A program made the translations under genes and the position numbers. The notes below the pieces were generated by a model. The model ran no database searches. It was given only the letters and a program-made list of their open reading frames with translations, and had not been told where the DNA came from. From NCBI GenBank assembly GCA_965203055.1, contig OZ241863.1, forward strand, positions 2,944,001 to 3,008,000: 64,000 nucleotides of DNA, given 5' to 3'. Of this stretch, positions 56,923 to 64,000 are shown one piece after another. Each line of letters opens with the position of its first letter. Position 1 is the stretch's first letter. This stretch comes from Spirochaetia bacterium. Its GTDB lineage: Bacteria > Spirochaetota > Spirochaetia > SZUA-6 > Bin103.

Positions 56923-57867
56923 GTGGCAGCCGCGGGTCAGGTCAGGTCAGCGCGCGTCTCCATCGGCGAGGTGGTGGACCGGCTCTGCGCCAGTCCCCCG
57001 GTAAGCGCGCGCCGCGCCGCCGGGGTGGGCTTCGAGCCGCCCTCGCGTCCGGTGCTGATCGACGTGTTGGAGGGGCTGCGCTCCGCGCTGTTCCCGGGCT
57101 ACTTCGGCCTGGTACAGATGACCGAGGGGCTGAACTTTCACCTCGGCTCGCTCCTGGAGGAGAAGCTGCGCCGCCTGCAGGAACAGATCCTGCGCGGCCT
57201 GGTGTTCACCCACTGGCAGGACGGCGCCGACCCGCCGGATCGACTCCGCCGCCTGAACGAAGCGCGCGCCGCGGCCGCCGCCGGCCACCTGCTGGCGCGG
57301 CTGCCGGAGTTGCAGCGGCTGGCGCTGCTGGACGTCGAAGCGGCCTATGCCGGCGACCCGGCGGCGCTCAGCCGGGACGAGGTGGTGTTCAGCTACCCCG
57401 GGGTGCAGGCCGTCATCCAGCACCGCATCGCCCACGAGCTGTATCTGCTCGCCATCCCGCTGATTCCCCGCATCATGTCGGAACACGCCCACAGCGCCAC
57501 CGGCATCGACATCCACCCCGGGGCCGCCATCGGCGAGAGCTTCTTCATCGACCATGGCACCGGCGTGGTGATCGGCGAGACCTGCGAGATCGGGCGCAAC
57601 GTGCGCATCTACCAGGGCGCCACCCTCGGCGCCAAGAGCTTTCCCCTGGACGCTCACGGCCAGCCGATCAAGGGAGTGCCGCGCCATCCCATCGTGGAGG
57701 ATGACGTGATCATCTACTCCGGCGCCACCGTGCTCGGCCGCACGCGCCTCGGGCGCGGCGCGATCATCGGCGCCAACGCCTGGGTGACCCGCGACGTGGA
57801 GCCGGGGGCGATCGTGACCCGCTATCACGGCGAGCAGGAAGACCTGCGCGTGGAGCCGCCGGCGTGA
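56923..57867 (+). CDS. cysE: Serine O-acetyltransferase (EpsC-like long form)
   Basis: GDPAA, YPG, TGIDIHPGA.IG..FFIDHGTGVVIGET, RHP. TTGACC-N17-TACAAC-N7-GTG supports a start at 56923. Confidence 0.9.
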   Translation: MAAAGQVRSARVSIGEVVDRLCASPPVSARRAAGVGFEPPSRPVLIDVLEGLRSALFPGYFGLVQMTEGLNFHLGSLLEEKLRRLQEQILRGLVFTHWQDGADPPDRLRRLNEARAAAAAGHLLARLPELQRLALLDVEAAYAGDPAALSRDEVVFSYPGVQAVIQHRIAHELYLLAIPLIPRIMSEHAHSATGIDIHPGAAIGESFFIDHGTGVVIGETCEIGRNVRIYQGATLGAKSFPLDAHGQPIKGVPRHPIVEDDVIIYSGATVLGRTRLGRGAIIGANAWVTRDVEPGAIVTRYHGEQEDLRVEPPA

Positions 57868-58841
57868 GGGACTCCGGCGCCCCGGCCGGCGTCTACGTGG
57901 TGGGCTCGATCAATACCGATCTGGTGGTCTACGTGGAGCGGCTGCCGGAGCCTGGCGAGACCCTGCTGGGGGAACGTTTCGCCCAGTTCGCCGGCGGCAA
58001 GGGCGCCAATCAGGCGGTGGCCGCGGCCCGCGCCGGCGCCCGTACGGCCTTCTACGGCGCCGTCGGGGACGACGCCTACGGGCGCGCCGGACGCGCCAGC
58101 CTGGAACAGGCGGGAGTGGCCGCCGGCGGCCTCCTGACGCTGCCGGAGCATCCTTCGGGCGTCGCCCTGATCGTGGTCGACGGCCACGGCGAGAACCAGA
58201 TCGTGGTGGCGTCCGGCGCCAACCTGCAGTTCGGCGCCGAGCGGGTTGCGCCGCCCCCGGCCGCCTCGGCGGTGCTGCTGCTGCAAAACGAGATTGCCCC
58301 GGCTACCACCTACGACTGCGCCCGCCGCTGGCATGCGGCCGGCGCCCGCGTGGTGTGGAACCCGTCGCCGGTTCCGGCCGAGGCGCCGCCGGCCGAGGTG
58401 CTGGCGGCGGCGGAATTCGTGCTGGTCAACGAGGTGGAACTGGCGGCGTTGCGCGCCGATCTCGGCGCGGTCGGCGGCGCCCGCGAGATCGCCGCCGCGG
58501 CGCGCGCGCTGGTGGGCGGCGGCGGGCCGCTGCGCAACCTGATCGTTACCCTGGGGGCGGACGGCTGCCTGTGGGCGCGGCGCGGCATCACCGGCAGCGC
58601 GGAGCTGCGCCGCCAGCCGGCGCTGCCGGTCACCCCGCTGGACACCGTTGGCGCCGGCGACTGCTTCTGCGGCGTCTTCGCCGCGGCGCTGGCCGCCGGA
58701 GCCCCTACCGCGGCGGCGCTGCAGCGCGCCGCGGCCGCGGCCGCGCTGTCGGTGCAGCGCGCCGGCGCCCAGCCCTCGATGCCGGGGCGGGCGGCGATCG
58801 ACGGCGCCGTCGAGCGGCTTGCCGGCCGCGGCCGGGAGTGA
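57864..58841 (+). CDS. rbsK: Ribokinase (PfkB family)
   Basis: VGSINTD, GGKGANQA, GENQI, LLQNEI, NEVE, DTVGAGDCF. Confidence 0.9.
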   Translation: MRDSGAPAGVYVVGSINTDLVVYVERLPEPGETLLGERFAQFAGGKGANQAVAAARAGARTAFYGAVGDDAYGRAGRASLEQAGVAAGGLLTLPEHPSGVALIVVDGHGENQIVVASGANLQFGAERVAPPPAASAVLLLQNEIAPATTYDCARRWHAAGARVVWNPSPVPAEAPPAEVLAAAEFVLVNEVELAALRADLGAVGGAREIAAAARALVGGGGPLRNLIVTLGADGCLWARRGITGSAELRRQPALPVTPLDTVGAGDCFCGVFAAALAAGAPTAAALQRAAAAAALSVQRAGAQPSMPGRAAIDGAVERLAGRGRE

Positions 58842-58886
58842 TTCCTGCGCTTGGCAAGGAGCGCCCCGAGAGCGCCCGGCGGGCGG

Positions 58887-58915
58887 TTGCACACTCCGGC
58901 GTTATTCCCTATGTT
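58887..58915 (+). promoter_or_regulatory. Putative nqr operon promoter
   Basis: TTGCAC-N17-TATGTT in an AT-richer intergenic patch. Confidence 0.45.
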
Positions 58916-59138
58916 ATTGACCGGTAACAGGAGGCAGCGCGCCGCAGCCGCTGGTACGCTCCGCCGCCAACCCCGTCGAACGTCGACCACCCGCGTGAAT
59001 TTGATCAACGTGCGCCGACAAGCAGAGTTCTTCAGCACGCACTCCCCGGGGCCGAATTGCGCCTTGGGGCGCGCGTCGGCAGCGGTGCGGCGTGGCCACG
59101 GCGAAATCAGCCCCGGCTGAGCCGGAGTGAGAGAACGA

Positions 59139-60485
59139 ATGGCAACGATAAAGCTCAAGCGCGGCTACGACATCCCTTTGGAGGGGGAGGCCGAACCGGC
59201 GCTGGAGGATGCCCCGGCGCCGGCTACGGTGGCCGTCAAGCCGCGCGACTTCCACGGCCTCATCGCCCGCATGGACGTGGAGGAGGGGGCCGGCGTAAAG
59301 CTCGGCACCCCCATCTTTCACGACAAGACCTTTCCCGCGGTGCAGTTCACCGCCCCGGCCAGCGGCATGGTGGTAAACGTGAACCGCGGCGCCCGGCGCG
59401 CCATCCAGGAGGTGGTGATCCGCGTCGACGGCGCCGCCGCGGCGGAGTCGTTCGCGGTTCCCAGCCCCGCCGCCGGGCGCGAGGAGGTGCTTGCCGCGCT
59501 GCTGCGTTCCGGGTTGTTTCCGTTCCTGGTGCAGCGCCCGCTGGCGCGCCTGGCGAGCCCGGAGGACGTGCCGCGCGACATCTTCGTGGCGGCCATGGAC
59601 ACCGCGCCGCTGGCGGCCCGGCCGGAACCGCTGCTGGCCGGGCGCGAGGATCACTTCGCCGCCGGCATCGCCGCCCTGGCGGCCCTTACCCCCGGCGCCG
59701 TGCACGTGGCGGTCGCGCCGGACGGCCCGCCGCTGCCCGACCTGGCGCCGGCCAACGTCCGGGTGCACACCTTCGCCGGCCCGCACCCCGCCGGCAACGT
59801 GGGGGTCCACATCCATCACCTCGCGCCCATCGCCGGGCGCCGCGACGTGGTGTGGACCTGCTCCCTCAAAGGCGTGCTGATGATCGGCGCGCTGTTCGCC
59901 ACCGGCGCGCTCGACCCGCAGGTGACGGTGGCGGTGACCGGCTCCGGCGCGCCCCGGCCGCGCTACCTGCGGACCGTGCACGGCGCCCAGGTCGGGGTCC
60001 TGACCGGCGACCTGCCGGACGCCGCCGCCACCCGCTTCATCTCCGGCAATCCGCTCACCGGCAGCCGGATCACGCCGGCCGGCTTCCTGGGCTTCTTCGA
60101 CAGCTCGCTCACCCTGCTGCCGGAGGTGGTGGAGCCGGAGCTGATCGGCTGGGTGCTCCCCGGATTCAAGGCCGGCAGCCGCTCGCGCACCTTCCTCTCG
60201 TCATGGCTGGCGCGCTCCCGGCCGGTGCGCAAGCACACCGGTCTGCACGGCGGCGAGCGCGCCTTCATCGCCACCGGCATCTACCGCGAAGTATTGCCGA
60301 TGGACCTGTACCCGGAATTTCTGATGAAGAGCATCCTCGCCGAGGACATCCCCGAGATGGAGGGATTGGGCATTCACGAGATCGCGGAGGAAGACGTTGC
60401 CCTCTGCGAGTACATCTGCCCCTCGAAGATCGAGTGGCAGGAGATCACCCGCCGCGGCCTCGATTTCATCGAGCGCGAAACGTAG
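59139..60485 (+). CDS. nqrA: Na+-translocating NADH:quinone reductase subunit A
   Basis: IKLKRGYDIPL.G, FTAPASG, GPHPAGNVG, EEDVALCEYICPSK. Confidence 0.95.
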   Translation: MATIKLKRGYDIPLEGEAEPALEDAPAPATVAVKPRDFHGLIARMDVEEGAGVKLGTPIFHDKTFPAVQFTAPASGMVVNVNRGARRAIQEVVIRVDGAAAAESFAVPSPAAGREEVLAALLRSGLFPFLVQRPLARLASPEDVPRDIFVAAMDTAPLAARPEPLLAGREDHFAAGIAALAALTPGAVHVAVAPDGPPLPDLAPANVRVHTFAGPHPAGNVGVHIHHLAPIAGRRDVVWTCSLKGVLMIGALFATGALDPQVTVAVTGSGAPRPRYLRTVHGAQVGVLTGDLPDAAATRFISGNPLTGSRITPAGFLGFFDSSLTLLPEVVEPELIGWVLPGFKAGSRSRTFLSSWLARSRPVRKHTGLHGGERAFIATGIYREVLPMDLYPEFLMKSILAEDIPEMEGLGIHEIAEEDVALCEYICPSKIEWQEITRRGLDFIERET

Positions 60486-60521
60486 CCGGCGAGCTGGCCG
60501 CGGCCACAGGAGCTAGATGAC

Positions 60522-61715
60522 GTGCAGCAGTTGCTGAAGGGGCTGTTGGAGCGGGTCGAACCGCTGTTCGAGAAGGGAGGCAAGCTGGAGCGCCTGTACC
60601 CGGCGTACGACGCGTTCGCGACGCTGGCGTTCGTGCTGCCCAACCGCACCAGGTCGGGCGCCCACATCCGCGACGACTTCGATTCCAAGCGGATGATGGT
60701 AACCGTGATCTTCGCCCTCATTCCGCCCACCCTGGTGGGGATCTTCAACGTCGGCTACCAGCGGCTGCTGGCGGCCGGAGTGGAGATCACCTTCCTGACC
60801 GCGGTGGCGCAGGGGCTGATCCGCTTCCTGCCGATCCTGATCGTCACCTACGCCGTCGGGTTGGGCTGGGAGTTCCTGTTCGCGGTAATCCGCCGCCATG
60901 AGGTGAGCGAAGGCTTCCTGGTGTCGGGATTCCTGATCGCGTTGATCGTGCCGCCCACCATCCCCTGGTGGCAGCTCGCCATCGCCACCTCCTTCGGCGT
61001 GGTGATCGGCAAGGAGATCTTCGGCGGCACCGGGATGAACATCTTCAACCCGGCGCTGGTGGTGCGCGCCTTCCTGTTCTTCGCCTATCCGGCGCAGATC
61101 TCCGGCGACCGGGTGTGGATCGCCCTCGACGGCCACTCGGCGGCCACGCCCCTGGCGCTGGTCGCGGAGGGCGCCGAGACGCCGATCGTCGATCTCCTGG
61201 CGGCGCAGGGGGTGACGTGGTGGAACTCCTTCATCGGGCTGATTCCCGGCAGCATCGGCGAAACTTCGACGCTGGCGATTCTGTTGGGCATCGGCCTGCT
61301 GCTGGTCACCGGCGTCGGCAGTTGGCGCATCATGCTGTCGATGCTGATCGGCGGCGTGGTGATGGGCGCCGTGCTGCAGCTCGCCGCCCCCCATCCCGGG
61401 CACTTCATGGCGTTGCCGGTCCACTACCACCTGACCCTGGGCGGCTTCGCCTTCGGCCTCGCCTACATGGCCACCGACCCGGTGTCGGCCGCCGCCACCG
61501 ACACCGGCAAGTGGATCTACGGCTTCCTGGTGGGGGTGCTGTCGATCCTGGTGCGGATCCTCAATCCGGCGTTCCCCGAAGGGGTAATGCTGGCGATATT
61601 GTTCATGAACATGTTCGCGCCGCTGATCGACCACTTCGTGGTGCGCGGCAACATCAAGCAACGACGGGCGCGGGCGGCGGTGGCGGCACCGGCCGCCGCG
61701 CGCGCGTCGGAGTGA
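60522..61715 (+). CDS. nqrB: Na+-NQR subunit B
   Basis: HIRD..D.KRMM, KEIFGGTG.N.FNPAL, FMN site DGHSAATPL, IPGSIGETS, MATDPVS. Confidence 0.95.
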   Translation: MQQLLKGLLERVEPLFEKGGKLERLYPAYDAFATLAFVLPNRTRSGAHIRDDFDSKRMMVTVIFALIPPTLVGIFNVGYQRLLAAGVEITFLTAVAQGLIRFLPILIVTYAVGLGWEFLFAVIRRHEVSEGFLVSGFLIALIVPPTIPWWQLAIATSFGVVIGKEIFGGTGMNIFNPALVVRAFLFFAYPAQISGDRVWIALDGHSAATPLALVAEGAETPIVDLLAAQGVTWWNSFIGLIPGSIGETSTLAILLGIGLLLVTGVGSWRIMLSMLIGGVVMGAVLQLAAPHPGHFMALPVHYHLTLGGFAFGLAYMATDPVSAAATDTGKWIYGFLVGVLSILVRILNPAFPEGVMLAILFMNMFAPLIDHFVVRGNIKQRRARAAVAAPAAARASE

Positions 61716-61726
61716 GCGCAGGATCA

Positions 61727-62479
61727 ATGAATCGCAGCAAACTCTATTCGGTGGTGTTCGTGCTGAGCATCACGGTATTCTGGGGGTTCGTGCTCTCCTT
61801 CGTCGCCACCTCGTTGCGCGCGCCGCAGCAGGCCAACGAGAAGCGCAACATGCGCACCAACATCCTGTTGGCGGTGGGGCTCATGGAGCGCGGCGAAGAT
61901 CTGGAGCCGGACGCGCTCGACCAGCGCTACGACGACTCGGTGGAGAGCTTTCTGGTGGACCATGAGGGCAAGGTGATTCCCGGCTCCAGCGCCGAAGGGG
62001 TGGACCTGGAGGAGGAGCTGGAGAACCCGGACGCGGCCGCCTGGCGGCTGCCGGTGTTCGTGGTCACCGAAGGCGGCAAGGCGAGCGTGTATGCCGTCCC
62101 GGTGTTCGGCAAGGGGCTGTGGTCCACCCTCTACGGCTATCTGGCGCTGGAGGACGATCTGGATACCGTGCGCGGCATGACGTTCTACAAGCACGGCGAG
62201 ACCGCCGGCCTCGGCGCCGAGATCGAGCAGGCCTGGTTCCAGAGCAACTTCGTCGGCAAGCGCATCTTCGAGGGCGGCGAACTGCGTTCGATTCAGGTGG
62301 TCAAGGGCAAGGTGGAGGACGTGTTCTCCAATGCCGCCGACCACACCTACGCGGTGGACGGCATCAGCGGCGCCAGCATGACCGGGCGCGGGGTGACCGA
62401 TCTGCTGCTGGACAAACTGGCAATCTACGAGCCCTATATCAGACGGGTACGAGCCGAGACTCAGGCGGAGGTAAGGTAA
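61727..62479 (+). CDS. nqrC: Na+-NQR subunit C
   Basis: N-terminal TM, GKGLWS..YGY, HGETAGLG.EI, VDGISGAS. Confidence 0.95.
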   Translation: MNRSKLYSVVFVLSITVFWGFVLSFVATSLRAPQQANEKRNMRTNILLAVGLMERGEDLEPDALDQRYDDSVESFLVDHEGKVIPGSSAEGVDLEEELENPDAAAWRLPVFVVTEGGKASVYAVPVFGKGLWSTLYGYLALEDDLDTVRGMTFYKHGETAGLGAEIEQAWFQSNFVGKRIFEGGELRSIQVVKGKVEDVFSNAADHTYAVDGISGASMTGRGVTDLLLDKLAIYEPYIRRVRAETQAEVR

Positions 62480-63154
62480 ATGGCAGATCCCAAGGTACTC
62501 CCACAGGCGCCGGCCAGGGAGCGCGAGCCGCTGTTCTCGCCGCAGAACCGGGAGGTGCTCAAGGACCCGCTGTCGGAGAACAACCCGATCACCATCCAGG
62601 TGCTCGGCATCTGCTCCGCGCTGGCGGTGACCACGCAGATCAGGCCGTCGCTGGTCATGGGGCTGGCGGTGATCTTCGTGCTGGTGTCCTCCAACGTGAT
62701 CATCTCCCTGATCCGCAACCTGATCCCCAACAACGTGCGCATCATCGTGCAGATGACGGTCGCCGCGTCGCTGGTGGTGCTGGTGGATCAGGTGCTCAAG
62801 GCGTACGCGTTCGAGGTTTCGCGGCAACTCTCGGTGTTCGTGGCGCTGATCATCACCAACTGCATCATCATGGGCCGGCTGGAGGCGTTCGCGATGAACA
62901 ACAAGCCGTGGCCGAGCGCGTTGGACGCCCTGGGCAACGGCCTGGGCTACGCCCTGGTGATCGTCGCCATCGGGTTCTTCAGAGAGCTGCTGGGCAGCGG
63001 CAAGCTGCTGGGCGCGCAGGTGATCCCGCAGGGTCTGTACGACGCCGGCTACGTGGACAACGGCCTGATGGTGCTCGCGCCGGGGGCGTTCATCCTGATG
63101 GGCCTGCTGATCTGGGCCCAGCGCCGCATGAGCGGCTACACCGAGGAGGCCTAG
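62480..63154 (+). CDS. nqrD: Na+-NQR subunit D
   Basis: [33 protein letters not shown]. Confidence 0.95.
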   Translation: MADPKVLPQAPAREREPLFSPQNREVLKDPLSENNPITIQVLGICSALAVTTQIRPSLVMGLAVIFVLVSSNVIISLIRNLIPNNVRIIVQMTVAASLVVLVDQVLKAYAFEVSRQLSVFVALIITNCIIMGRLEAFAMNNKPWPSALDALGNGLGYALVIVAIGFFRELLGSGKLLGAQVIPQGLYDAGYVDNGLMVLAPGAFILMGLLIWAQRRMSGYTEEA

Positions 63155-63157
63155 AGC

Positions 63158-63769
63158 ATGGCACTGATCAACCTGGCGCTGAAGTCGATCTTCGTCGAGA
63201 ACATCCTGCTGGCCTTCTTCCTGGGAATGTGCTCCTTCCTGGCCGTCTCCAAGCAGGTCAAGACCGCCATCGGCCTCGGCTTCGCCGTCATCTTCGTGCT
63301 CGGCATCACCGTGCCGATCAACTGGGCGGTGCACGAGTACCTGCTCAAGGCGGGCAGCCTGGCCTGGGTCAGTCCGGCGATGCGGGAGGTGGACCTGAGC
63401 TTCCTCAACTTCATCGCCTTCATCGCGGTGATCGCCGCCATGGTGCAGTTGGTGGAGATGGTGATCGAGAAGACCTCCACCAATCTGTATCACGCGTTGG
63501 GCATCTACCTGCCGCTGATCACGGTGAACTGCTCCATTCTGGGCGGCTCGCTGTTCATGGTGGAGCGCAGCTACAACTTCAGCGAGTCGGTGGTGTTCGG
63601 GCTGTCGTCCGGCGTGGGCTGGGCGCTGGCGATCATCGCCCTGGCGTCGATTCGCGAGAAGATCCGCTACTCCAACGTGCCGCCCGCGTTGCGCGGCCTG
63701 GGGATGACGATGCTGCTCACCGGCCTCATGTCGGTCGGCTTCATGGCGTTTTCCGGCATTCAACTATAG
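63158..63769 (+). CDS. nqrE: Na+-NQR subunit E
   Basis: [30 protein letters not shown]. Confidence 0.95.
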   Translation: MALINLALKSIFVENILLAFFLGMCSFLAVSKQVKTAIGLGFAVIFVLGITVPINWAVHEYLLKAGSLAWVSPAMREVDLSFLNFIAFIAVIAAMVQLVEMVIEKTSTNLYHALGIYLPLITVNCSILGGSLFMVERSYNFSESVVFGLSSGVGWALAIIALASIREKIRYSNVPPALRGLGMTMLLTGLMSVGFMAFSGIQL

Positions 63770-63784
63770 GCGGGAGCCGAAGAG

Positions 63785-64000
63785 ATGTTGCACGTATTGG
63801 GAAGCATTATCGTATTTCCGGTGGTCATCGGCGTTCTCACGATCGCCCTGCTGGCCGCCGAGGCGCGGCTGCGCCCGCAGCGCAAGATCAAGATCACGAT
63901 CAACGGCGACGCCGAGGGCGCCATCGAGACCGATGCCGGCGGCACGCTGTTGAATACCCTGTCGAGCAACGGGGTCATGCTCCCGTCGGCCTGCGGCGGC
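63785..64000 (+). CDS. nqrF: Na+-NQR subunit F, N-terminal part (runs off window)
   Basis: Manual translation MLHVLGSII...ITING...GGTLLNTL..NGVMLPSACGG; follows nqrE. Confidence 0.9.
   Translation, partial: MLHVLGSIIVFPVVIGVLTIALLAAEARLRPQRKIKITINGDAEGAIETDAGGTLLNTLSSNGVMLPSACGG

Noticed and set aside
58992..59010. Rex/FNR-like operator (GTGAATTTGATCAAC) before nqrA
   Set aside because: Only a partial match to either consensus; not supportable.

Overview
GC-rich bacterial window in two parts. (1) About 1-53.5 kb is an accessory, mostly minus-strand array built by repeated duplication and reshuffling of a few modules. It holds 7 near-full-length ArnT/PMT-like (GT-C type) membrane glycosyltransferase paralogs plus fragments and 5 secreted arylsulfotransferase (ASST-like) paralogs. 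It also holds 5 intact AAA-ATPase/PD-(D/E)XK nuclease genes (plus 1 internally deleted copy and remnants) and 2 Uma2-type nucleases. The remaining genes are a GT2 (GtrB-like), an O-antigen-ligase-like protein, a probable O-fucosyltransferase, a B12 radical SAM enzyme, three lipoproteins, vapBC and an orphan pyrF. The glycosyltransferases and sulfotransferases all end in the same ~100-aa two-cysteine domain that I cannot name (about 19 complete copies). Modules are joined by a recurring palindrome ATGATA-N15-18-TATCAT (8 copies), which reads as a -35/-10 promoter on both strands. Two glycosyltransferases carry long (GGTTCGGC)n tracts at their 5' ends, a ~1.45-kb inverted repeat brackets an 8.2-kb segment, and many chimeric scars show module exchange. 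My inference is a diversifying, possibly phase-variable surface glycosylation/sulfation system. (2) About 54.2-64 kb is housekeeping: clpB, cysE-like, rbsK and nqrABCDE with the start of nqrF. All family assignments come from motif recognition by eye and no searches were run. Because the region is so repetitive, the structure needs long-read confirmation.
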